DNA from: Adineta vaga
Lineage: Eukaryota > Animalia > Rotifera
Direction of reading: 5' to 3'
Assembly (NCBI GenBank): GCA_021613535.1
Contig: CP075496.1
Location: 3,162,001-3,226,000, forward strand
Length of the DNA: 64,000 nucleotides
A program made the translations under genes and the position numbers. The notes under the pieces are model-generated. The model saw only the letters and a list, made by a program, of their open reading frames with translations, had not been told where the DNA came from and searched no databases. Below, piece by piece: positions 13,363 to 25,530 of this stretch (positions are counted from its first letter, which is position 1; each line of letters begins with the position of its first letter).

Positions 13363-15991
13363 TTAGATCGTACGTCGTAGATAGATTTGTTTTTCAATTG
13401 CTGGCTTTTGACGATTCTTTCGATCGCATTGAAATCTTTCACGTCGAAGTCGATTACGTTCCCCACGAACTGGATCAATACCAAATCCGTACTTTAATAT
13501 ATCGAGAATAATGACAAAACCAACTACTAATGATATTGCTAAGATAGCAATATAACTAAATGTTTTTGATATATATTGAAAAGTGATAACACTTTTCGCT
13601 ATATTTTCACAATGACGGCCGGTAAAACTATTGGATATACATTGACATTCGTATCCAAGAGGTAATGATCGACAAACACCTTTGTTCAAACAAGTCACAT
13701 TATAACAATAATCAATACGAGTTTCACAATGAATACCAGTACGTCCTTGAATGCAGTTACAAACAAAATGTGTAGCATTCAGATCTTTGCATCCACCTGA
13801 AATAAAATTAAAGTTTTCTTTCTACATATGATTGTAAAGAGTTATGATTTACATACCACCATACAAACAAGTATTTGCTTGACATGGACGAATGTTGATT
13901 TCACAATTCGTACCGTTGTAACCAGATTTACATAAACACGAGTAACCATGAGGAAGATCTGGATTATTTTGACAAGTGCCAGAGTTTTGACAATATGGAT
14001 AAATTTCACATGGTTGAAATGAAATATTGCATGAGAATCCAATAACATTTGAATTTGAACAATTAGGTGCTATAAAAGGAATTACAGGTTGTTCAATAAG
14101 TGTTTGCAATGATGATGTGATGGTTGAGTCAATGGTCGTAGTGACTAGTGACGTTGTGGTTGAGTCAGTGGTCGTAGTAGTTGGTGATGTGGTGATCGAG
14201 TCACTGGTCGTAGTGATTGATGACGTTGTGGTTGAGTCAGTGGTCATAGTGATTGGTGTGTTTCGGTTTCATTAATTTCAGGAGAATCCGTCTCATCTAA
14301 AATAGATTTATCGCTTCATCATTACTTTTTATAACATTATTAAGCATATAGATACCATTATTTTCGTTAGAAAAATATTCAGTGACAATCTCATTGGGAA
14401 CTAAAATGCTAAAGATTGTGCATATTCACAAAAGTTGGAATGGAAACTTTACATACCTGAAACATTATTCAGTGGAGTTTCGAATGTTACTGCTTCATAT
14501 TGCGTTTCATTGATAACTATAAGTGAAAGAATTTGAAAATTTCATTAAAGAACAATATATGCCCATATTTGAATTCTACTATCCTACTATGGTTTTTTGA
14601 AAATATCTTCTCATCGATTTCTTATAAGGAGATGTAATCATGATATTAGATATTCTTTTAACGTTATTCTCAGTTAGCTCGAAGATAGAGCATAATATTT
14701 AGGAGCACGATATATTTAATAGATTTTTTCTTGACCGATCGTTAAATTTCACTAGACATTTTCTAATAAAAATAACTATCCAAAATACATTAAGAGTGTT
14801 TTGAACTATTTAAGGTTGGATATATATTTTAAACACGTACATCTTGTTAAAGTGCTTAAACTACTTTCATGTGACATACCTGCTACAATAGTTGTCGTGA
14901 ATCTTTCTGAAGATTATCTTTAGTATATCTGTTACCATTATATAGTGCGTCTTGAAACTTCAATAGAATGTCTTTTAATATCATAAAGATATACTAGTTG
15001 TAGGATTCTCAAGAAACTCAGATTCAGTTATTTCAATCAATATTAGCTTCTGTATTAATGTGTATTCGATTAAGCCTGTTTTGTACTCACCACAATTATT
15101 TGTTTTCAAAATGAACTTTATAATTCGTTTGTTGTTTGTATCAGTAACATATATGTTTCCAAAACGATCAAAACTCATACTATTTGGATTATCCATTTTA
15201 GTACCGGAAGTATTTTTCTTCTTTGAACAGCCGACTAAACACCGAGAACCATTAAGTTGTGATGTGACGTAGATAATTCGATTGTTTCCCTTATCAACAA
15301 CATATAAATTGTCTTCGGCGTCCAGTGTAATATCTGTGGGACATTTGAGTTTCATACCATCTATTTTCTGTTGGTCTTCTATCACTGATTGCCCTATAGT
15401 TGATCCAGATTTGAAACGCTGAACTCTATTATTCTTGCAATCTGCCACATACAAATCGAAGTTCGTGTTAACAAAAATTCCTCGCGGTTGATCTAGTTTA
15501 TTTGAACTATCTGACTTTTTCGATTTATTGCCTGCAACAATTGTCCACGATGCATCAGGAGATTCAAGTGGCATTTTGACTACAATATTTTCATATCTCA
15601 TAGAACAGTAAATAGTATTATTATCATCCACAAAAAGTCCTGAACAGGATCCTTCATGACTTAGCATCAAAGAAGATTTGGTCCAGGGTCACGAAAATGA
15701 CAAAAAATTGATGAATTTTCTGGCACCCTGATCAGTATAAATGCCTTTCGATGTGACAAATAGGCTTTGTGGTCTTGACCAATATCTAGATCCCCATCTG
15801 AATTCACAATTAGGAATTGACAAACAGTCTGTGTACAATAAGTAATTGCCAGAACAACACGTGTAGATCTTATCATTATTGCCAAAAAATATATCATCTA
15901 GCTTAAGATTGTGAAATACTGAGTCAAGCTTCTAAATTGCTGTTTGAATGCCACTCCGGATTTAAGCAGAATTTTGGTCGACTGTAAAATG
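13363..15991 (-). pseudogene. NHL-repeat beta-propeller + Thr-rich stalk + EGF repeats + TM protein; 5' part disrupted by a frameshift and an in-frame stop
   Basis: NHL repeats (PRGIFVNTNFDLYVADCKNNRVQ, PTDITLDAEDNLYVVDKGNNRI, PNSMSFDRFGNIYVTDTNNKRI), TTDSTT stalk, about four EGF domains and TM TFSYIAILAISLVVGFVIIL. In-frame TGA at 15689-15691 and a frame change near 15930 separate upstream RPKFC..W and PQSLFVTSKGIY motifs. Could instead be a 5'-truncated live gene. Confidence 0.65.
14115..14250 (-). repeat. Coding minisatellite (~33 bp imperfect unit) encoding the TTDSTTTSS mucin-like stalk
   Basis: Repeated gtggttgagtcagtggtcgtagtg units. Confidence 0.8.
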
Positions 15992-18351
15992 CTATAATAA
16001 ATGAATATATAAATAAAATTTTTAAATGTCACATCAATAATTTATGAGTTGAGCGATATGTCTAACAGCAAATTTTCGATATTGTATTCATATTTCCGTC
16101 ATCGTGGTATTTAATATGCGGCTAGAATATTGGGGTATTAAAGAACATCGGTATTTTCTTTAGCCTCTTATCATAGGCCACAATAATTATCTGGAGCATA
16201 GATGCTAAGAAAGGTGTTTTCCATACATAGAACTGCGATCCATAAAGATAATGAGTAGTTCGTTATCCAAATTTTATCAGTAATGTCTACAAGTCGTACC
16301 AGAAATTATTATCAACGTGTCTCAAGAACCTCAAATCCAGTTGCTAAGTTTATATTCGACTCATCAATGAAAATAATGCACTGCATATATGTAAAAAAAA
16401 TAGAAAAATAAATTAACTATACGCAACTAAAGAAATTTCAAACCCATTGCACTCGTTTGTGACAATAGACAACTATAAAAGTCAACGTTCAGGTTTCCAT
16501 TATATGACTTTTCTATTACATACGTAATATAGCACCTATACATTTCTTCTAAATTTATTTATCTTGTTTATATTTTTAGTTGAGAAAATTATCCTAAGTC
16601 CGTCAGTACTAACGTAAATTTAACTCTCAAATGATTCAAATTCTCATCTGACAATGACTAGTACGATTCTAGAGCATAGTGATATATAAGTACATTATTT
16701 ACTATTGACAATATTAAATTAAGGTGTATCTATGCTATGATTTATTGTTGAAATAGTAAAAGATACTAACTAAAAATCACAATATAAAACTGATGTTATT
16801 AATATTAAACGATTTAGATGGCCTATATTCATCTCTGATTAAGAAGGCACTAGTTATTTTCTAAAATGTTACCTTGAGAATTGGAACAGAGTTGTATCCA
16901 CTGAAAAAATAATATTGCAATACCAAATAATATTTTTTTAATCTAAATTTGAAACGCATCGAATAGGCAGTAAAATATTGAAGACTATATCATACCATTT
17001 CAGAAAGAAAATCAATTGTGAAATAAGTATTAGCCGATTTTCCCAGACTAACGTTAGTATATTTTGATTGAATCAAAATGACTGTAGATCAAAAGAATGC
17101 TGTCTCGTTTATATTTTTCTTCACGTAGTATTGTAAATCGATACAGTTTTGACTCAAATATTAGCTGAAAAAGATCTATGTTGAATTAAGACTTGAATAA
17201 TTATTGAAAGCAAAATTTATCAATTTATATCCAGAATTGACGACATGACTTATGTTTCTTTATTTATGTAATTGAGATTTTAAAAAAGTTAATATTCTTA
17301 TGTTGAATTAATTAAAAAACATTTATTTATCTTCTTTCGGCAACTGAAAAATGATCGCAATGTTGTTGGTTGAGATAACAGTAAGATATTTAGTTAAGAA
17401 ATTGCAGATAAATATGTATAAATACTGACATTCACTGTGTTATCTATCGTTTCACTACGTATAAATTAATCTATTTGATTATTTATTCCAATTTACTTTT
17501 CAGTGATCATGTAAATAAGCAAAATCTTGACTATAGTTGTCGAACATCAATTTTGTCACATACAAGAATATCCGTCGACAGCTATTTTTCATTAATTAAA
17601 AGAAAAGAATCTAAAGTATTGACACAGCTACCTGTACCATTGTTCTAGTCATCGAACTATTTTAGAAAACACACAACACATACGTAACAATATTAACAGT
17701 TCAAATTTTCAATATAAAATATTTTGATTTGAAACTGACTCATCATTTCATTCATTCGATTCATGTAACATTATAATTCTTATCACTAACGTCTCAAACT
17801 GTCTTCACACGATATATACATCATATCAACATCACAGTATTTTGTCTGATATCTAGAGCAACATTTTTTTTTCTTCTTCTCCCATTGTATCATATAAACA
17901 CAAGATGTATTGAAACAATCAGCTGTTTCATAGAAGATTCCAATTCTACACATTGATTCTGTCTAGCTATGAGTTCTCTATTAAGCTAACGACAAATTTA
18001 CACGGCTGGACATACGATCACAATAGATTGACAATTTGTAGTTTCTATTCATTGACACGGAAATCGTTTTTTTTTTATATTATTAATTATATTCTTGCGT
18101 GAGAAATATTCGACATGACTACACAGTAGATAAAAGAGAAAGAGAGAGAAAGAAAAAAAAATGTATACGTCCATTGATCTGATTGGTTAATGATTGTTGG
18201 TAGATTACAAATAAAAAAGAAAAATCAAAGACATATTTACTTTTTCTCTTTCTCTTCTTGTTGAATATAAAATATCGAATATCATCAATATATCAACTAT
18301 TAGTTGATTTCATTTGACTATACAAATAAAATTCAACTATTAATATTTTCA

Positions 18352-20499
18352 ATGGATGATTATCGAACGAACATGATTTACAGGTATCTATTTGGATTTA
18401 TTTTTCTACATTTGTCTCAGTTTATTGAAGATCGAAGAAGATATGTTCTTGATATTAGACATCAGATATTGTCCAATATTGAGTACAAATTATGAAATTT
18501 CTTTGTTGAATTTTTCAGTTATACTGATCTGAATACTGCACCTCGATCGGATATTACTACTGATCCATTATCTATATTATTGGAAGCACGATTTGAACCG
18601 TGTCAAGTTTGTGGTGAACAATCATCTGGTCTTCATTGTGATGCTATTACTTGTGAAGCATGCAAAGTAAGGAGAAGAATTCCACAAACGAATTTCATGC
18701 TATTTTGTTATTTGGTTAGAAATTTTTTCTTCGATCAATTAATGGAGAAGATTTAAAGTATAAATGTGTGAGAAATAAAGATTGTTTAATAACGAGAAAT
18801 ACTCGAACACAATGTCAATATTGTCGATTTCAAAAATGTAAATCTGTAGGAATGACTGTGAAAGGTAATGAAATACATTTGTCGTAAGTTAATTTTAGTT
18901 ATGAACGAAAGTTTTAGAAGGTTCTGAAATCCAACAAACACCACGTGTCGCTGATATATTTGCTCAAATATCTTGTTATGTTTGTCAAGCATCATCAAGT
19001 GGAATTCATTTTGGTAAAAAAAGCTCGTCTCTATTCTATTCGATAATAATAAATTTCTTACATGTTTTATTTGTTGATTACTAGGAGCGATTACTTGTGA
19101 AGGATGTAAAGTAAGTTATATCGATATAAATTTCTTTAATGAGATGGATCATTTTTATTTTAAGGGTTTCTTTCGAAGAAGTATCAAAGAAAGAGCACCA
19201 AGTCGTTATAAATGTATGGATAATGGTACATGTGAAATTAGTGCATCGACAAGAAATGGTTGTCGTTATTGTCGATTTCAGCGATGTATTAGAGTTGGAA
19301 TGTCTGTTGAAGGTATTGAATTTTATTCATGGTTTTTTTGCAGAAAAAATCAATATTTATATATTTATTTAGGAAGCCGAATCGGACGACAAAGTAATCT
19401 TTTTAAACATCATATGCGTAAGAGAAAGTGGCAAACTTAGTTATTGTGCAGAGAGAGTTTCTTTTAGGAATGATGCTGCAAAGAAATGACTATATTTCTA
19501 ACACAACAATACTTCATCAAATGACACAATCAGTATCAACATCAATCACACGACATAAAAGATCGAATGCTAGACGAACAGTTAGTGAATCAAGTAGTTC
19601 AGAAAGTGAATGTAAGTTTGAGTTTATATGAATCTGTCATATGATTTTCTTATTCTATTTCTATTCAGTAACACAATCTACATTAACTATCATTGATTAT
19701 GAAAATCAATTAGATCGTCCGAGTAGAGATTTAATATCGACTATTTTCAAAGCATACAAAGAAACGTTCGAAGTAAAAATTTCTTCCTCTCTTCTAAACT
19801 TCTCTTTAGAATACTTCTATCCAATAGAATTTTCCTATTTGTTCAAAATATAGTACATCATGGTTATCTTGTATGAATCAATTTAAAAATTATGCTAACC
19901 ATTCTGTTAAATTTGCAACACGTATTCCTGGTTTTATGAATTTACAGAATGTTACTGATCAAGTTCAATTAGTTAAATCAAGTATTCATAGTTTAATTAT
20001 TCTCTGTTCACAACGATCAATTCATTCTTCTTCATGGAATTATTTTAATATTACAGATATAAATTTACATGACGAATGTCAACAATTATTTCCATTCATT
20101 GAAAATATTCGTTCCGATGTTGAAAAAATTCATCTATATATTTCATCCTTAAAACTTGATGATAAAGAATTTTCTCTTGTACTTTCCTTACTAATCATTT
20201 CAACAAGTAATATATATCTATCGGATTTTCTTCTAATTGATTCAACACAAACCGAATTAACTTGTGCACTATGTGATTATATGGATTGTAAACGTGGACG
20301 GAAGAGTCAAGATTTTTATACAGTTATGTTTTTATTACCAACATTGAGAAAATTAAATACTATTATACAAGAACAAATTAAAAATCAAATACCGAAAAAT
20401 ATGACCTATCCAGCTTTTTTCTCCCGAGTTTATCTCAATGAACAAGATACAATAGGATCATTAATGAATAATCAATCAAATAGTTTTATCGATGAATGA
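18352..20499 (+). CDS. Nuclear receptor with two tandem DNA-binding domains (2DBD-NR) plus ligand-binding domain
   Basis: DBD1 CQVCGEQSSGLHCDAITCEACK|KFFLRS...CVRNKDC...RTQCQYCRFQKCKSVGM; DBD2 CYVCQASSSGIHFG|AITCEGCK|GFFRRS...CMDNGTC...RNGCRYCRFQRCIRVGM; T-box-like SRIGRQSN; LBD signature FATRIPGFMNL..TDQVQLVK. Introns are GT-AG and phase-compatible through both DBDs. Confidence 0.95.
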
Positions 20500-20630
20500 T
20501 CAAACATTCCATTTGTAGAAGAGTACATTGAAACCGGTCGTAATTTTTACGGTGACATTTACTTTTTTTTGTTCGATATTGTGTATTTGAAGAAATTTTC
20601 ATATGTCTTTCTTGTGAAGACCTTATTTGA

Positions 20631-22975
20631 TTATGAAATATTTGAAAGTAATTTTCGATTAGCCAAATTACGCGTAGAATCAGTGCCACATTTTTCTATC
20701 CATTGAGAATTATTTATAGGTGGATAATATAAATAACATCGTGGATCAACAGGTTCATAATCTTTAGTAAATGAAGGTGCTCGTCGTAATGATAAATATG
20801 TTCCGACAAGACTAACTGTAACGAATATTATTAGAAAAAGACGATCAATAATCAATGCAATGAAACGCCATTCTTCAACAATCTAAAACATTCAAATATA
20901 TATATTTCTTTTATTTCTTAATGTATAGTCATTCTATTATATTCTATTCCGATTAATCGACCGGTTTTTTTCCCGCATGCTTAAATATCTTTTGTTCGAA
21001 TGATAATCGACTATTTCGTTAACTTACTTCTTTTTCTCTTTTTGCATTTTCAATTTGTTGTGCAATATAAGCAATATGATCAGCCGTTTTTCTAGCAATT
21101 GATCTTCGTCGTTCATCTTTCCATGGAAATATTAAAGATTGATCACTTGTTCTATCGATTGATGTTGATTTCACATATACGTATTTTTGTGGCATAGGTG
21201 GTCGTTCCATGAATAAAATTTTGGGTAAATAAACTAAAAGAATCTTTCTTACAAATGGTATCATATTTGTCGTTGGATGTCGACGAAAATGTATATTTAA
21301 TGTAATAATTGTAATAATAATCGAGAGATTGACAATGACAAGTGTAAATAATAAATATTTACCAAGTAGTGGAATAACGACTGATGTTGGCGGAATCAAT
21401 TCGATAAGTAATAAGTAAAACACCAATAGAGCAACGAGAATTGAGATGGATAAAGTAATCTTTTTTTTACTATCTGATGGTAAAAGAAAAACAAGAACAG
21501 CAAGAACAGATATATTAATACATGGTACTATTAAGTTAACGATGTAAAATAACGGTTTTCGTTGAACAATACAAACAAATGTTAGATCAAGATAAACTTC
21601 GACACAACATGCATAGACAATTTCATGTCGTATAGCTGGTAAACCTTAAAAAAGACATATACGTTTATACATACAATACAATTTTTTATTTCATTTTACT
21701 TAAAATTTCCCATTCAATTGATGGAACATAATCTTCTAAATCCCAACCACGTTCAAGAACAGTTGATTCATTATTTGTTAAAAATTGTAAATTGACCAAT
21801 AAACCCTATGAAAAGATATCTTTAATTAGCATTCTAATTTGGAAGAAAATGCTTTCCTACTTACATGATATGTCCATGTACCAAATTTTAGTGTACAATT
21901 TTGAATATCAAATGGATAGTATGCGATATTGATAGCACAATAAGATTTATAAATCATTGGGGGATTCTATTTCAATAATCACTTGAATATTGTTTCAATT
22001 TTAAAAAACAAAATGATCAACAAACCCATATGACTGTTCCATCATATCGAATTTGTGCTTTTGATCTCGTAGTTATTTGGTAATCACCATCAGCATCTAA
22101 GAAAAAGACATATGATATAGAAATATCAAGTGATATTAAGTTTATCTACTATTATATAGAACGAGATCAGGTTTCCAGATTAGATCACTCGGCATTTGAA
22201 TATATTCTACTCCATCGAATTCTTCTGGTGACCATATGAAACTAAAATCTTGCCATTCCTAGAGATCAAATTTTGAAATGTATTATTGAATGGCGAAGAA
22301 AAGCAAAATATAGACAAATATTTTAGCTCAACTTACATGAAGTACATAGACATGTGTCTGCATGATTTGATTTTTTTCATCCTAAATGACATTGATAAAT
22401 CGATGACAATTGCCCTTTTGCTTTTCTTATCAGATGAAAAATACTTTTAACCATTAGGAATCATATCAATACTTAGCTATATCCTAATAGCAGATGTGTT
22501 TCTTCATTTTCTTTTACTTAATACTTTATTTTAGCCATAGATATCTGTATATATGTCTACATCTTTCTTTCCTATATTTACATTTCATCCACTTATGTGC
22601 AGAAACAAGTGCATCCATGTAAATTATTGCTTATCCTTTACATAGTAACTCAATTATATAATGTATATACAAGCAAACACAAAAGGAAATAGGACGGAAT
22701 CAGTAAATTATATACATACAACATCAGCAATTTGGATAAGTTTTAGACCAAGTTTAACAGTAACAAGATCCGAATTATTTCGTACTGGACGAACATTTTT
22801 ATTATAATTTGACATTAAATACTGATAAAGTTTATTCGTTTTATCACTACTAGAAACTAAAAGAAGAAGAAGAATGAATAATCATTAAATCGAATTATTA
22901 GTCTTTATTTATTCAATTACCTAAAGTATATGTAATATGAAATACAATGAACGAACACCAAAAATATTTCTTCAT
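20631..22975 (-). CDS. Nicotinic acetylcholine receptor alpha-type subunit
   Basis: Signal peptide [32 protein letters not shown], Cys-loop [15 protein letters not shown], loop B GTWTY, loop C YACCVEVY (vicinal Cys), M1-M4 with PLLGKY and [13 protein letters not shown]. Confidence 0.95.
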
Positions 22976-23997
22976 CTAGTTGAGTTGAGACAAGGTACTT
23001 GAATAACGAATAATGTCATTTATAATTTGTGAAGTCCAGCTGTGGCTCATAACCTTGTAAGTTCTTTTTTCTTTCTTTTTTTTTGTTACATTTCTAAACA
23101 GATGAGCAATTGATAATGATCAGCTTGGCAGTAGTCATGCTCTCTTTTCTTTTTCTTGGTAGATTCTCGGATCGAAGAAAGAGCTACTAGAGTTGAAATA
23201 AAGGAGAAAAAAAGAGACGTATGCCCTAGAAGAAATAGACATGAAGAAGGGAAGAAAAGAAAAGAGAAGAGATAGAATCTAATGAAAGAGAGATGAAAGA
23301 CGCTCTTGTCATCGACTAGAGTATTGATAACAAGAAAAGAAAAGAAAAGAAAACTAGACAGATAGAGAAAGAAAAAGGAGAACGAGTGATGACAATTCCG
23401 AAAAAAAATTCAGCTAAAGAAAACGCAACAGCATCTCTTCGTGCATATAGTTTATTGACTAAATTAGTCATGCAAATATGATGGAGGCAATGTTTGCCAA
23501 CAAGAGTAATCAATTGATTCTAGCTATATATGATAAAATGAAAATTTTCAAATCTGTCTTTCGTTCCATACTCACTAGGATATTGTTGATAAAAACTTGA
23601 TCATAATTACAAATATCATATAGCACGTCATCATATTAATAATATCCTTTCTAGTAATTTACATTAGTACTTTGCGAAGATAAGAATCAAAGACTTTTCT
23701 TTCTATATTCAACTAATCGGTTCTTATTTGTATTTATAAATATCTTCTTGTTAGATAACAGATAGTTTCATTCAACCGAAAAATTCACTGATTAATGTCA
23801 ACAATTGTATACATTCACTGTCAAATATGTCTATACATGAAGGCAAACAACAAATCTCTTGCTGTCAATAAGACAAACAGCTGCATGTCTTGTTACCGAT
23901 TATTATCTTAGATAAGCATGGCTTTTTCATCGACATAATCTCATTTTGTTCATAAAATCAATTTCATTTTTATAAATAAATACAAACAAAATATACA

Positions 23998-25020
23998 TTA
24001 AAACCAATGAGATTGAATACAATCCGTACGAAATTCCATTTCACAAATCCAGCACCATGTCATACCACATCGTGTACATGATATCGCATTGCATCCACCT
24101 ATGTATACATCAATCGATATTCTGAAGAGAAAAAAAGACTATGATTCATTTTTAGCTTACCATCTTTTTCAGTATTAACAGAACATCTTGGACATTTCTT
24201 GATCATCTTTGATGATGTATAATTTCGATAACCAAATAAATGATTCCAAAACTAGAAAACAAAGTTAGTGAATACTCATTTTATTTCAATGATTATCTTA
24301 CAGAAAATGGTTGATTATCATTATTTTCTTGATTAGTTTGACATGGACAAGTTTCCATATTCTCATCTTCCCAAAGTGCTTTACAACTTCGACAAAATGT
24401 ATTCTACAGGAAAAAAAATGTTTTTAGCTTTTTTTTTCATTCAATTCATCTTTTTTCTCATACTCCACAACCAATGGATGATGGGCATTTGATTTTTAAG
24501 TTACTTTCATCAAGTATAAGTCCTGAACCACACAAGGGCATTGGACAAATCACTCCCTGATGATGTAATACATATTCTTCAGCACCAAATGTTTTATATC
24601 GTTCATACTAAATTAATATATCGATAAAGACAAGAAATTTTTTCTCAATAAAATCTATTTACATTTGATTTATCCATTAAACGAAAAATATGTAATTCAC
24701 GAAGAAGCGTATCTGCACAACCATTAGGACATCCAAGACTATAACCAATATTTGAATCATATTTAAATTGACGACAATTCAATTTTGTTATAGCATATTG
24801 TTTAAAACATGATAAACATACATGATGATGACAATCAAACAGAATTGTTAGATCTCTAAATACAAACAAACGAAATATAGAAAAACTAATATATACATAT
24901 ATGTATTGTTTTCGTTTATTACTTATTATACAAACATATACAACATTCATGTTCAAGTTTATCTTTTTTTATGATTGATAGTAGATAATTATCAGAAGTT
25001 GTATTGATTTGACATGCCAT
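23998..25020 (-). CDS. Minimal Parkin-like RBR E3 ligase (RING1-IBR-RING2 only, ~242 aa, 6 exons)
   Basis: CCICLYNKDLTILFDCHHHVCLSCF...RQFKYDSNIGYSLGCPNGC...ELHIFRLM...YERYKTFGAEEYVL..GVICPMPLCGSGL...CPRCSVNTEKDGGCNAISCTRCGMTWCWIC...HWF* matches the Parkin C-terminal half, including the terminal HWF. Confidence 0.88.
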
Positions 25021-25530
25021 TGAATTAGTTAAAAATATTCAATTTCATATTTATATAATTATTTATATTTTCAATTCGTGTTCGTATTTTCTTTTCTCAT
25101 TTAGGTTGTAGTAAATCAAGCAAACAATTCGATTGGTTGATTGTATATAGCCATTGCAAATCTTATCCATGAGACGACGCTCTAAATATAGTCTCAATAT
25201 ACTTTCTTCAAGAAAAGTCTATTACCTCTGCGGCATATAATTAATATTTGATGAATAAACAAGAAAAAAATCAATTCATACAAAGAATATTTTAAATCAT
25301 TGTATTGATTACAGTACATTCTTTTTTTTCATTCGAAGATAAAACAAAAAAAGGTGAAATTAATAAGATCATTTGATTTATTCTAAATATATTCAACGAA
25401 AGAATAAATTCATCTTTTGAGATGTAATCAAATATTTTGGCGAACAATTGTTCGTTTTGTGTTAGAATGAAATAAAATATTCTTCGATTTTTTACATGAT
25501 TCAGTTAGAAAACAAACGAAAATTGTAACA

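Noticed and set aside
15689-15691. In-frame TGA as selenocysteine or readthrough in the NHL gene
   Set aside because: A frameshift and a TAG also disrupt the same exon, the position is not a Cys-type site, and I saw no SECIS; decay is simpler.
16000-18300. Possible transposon remnant in the long intergenic region
   Set aside because: No ORF, terminal repeats or transposase motifs could be identified.
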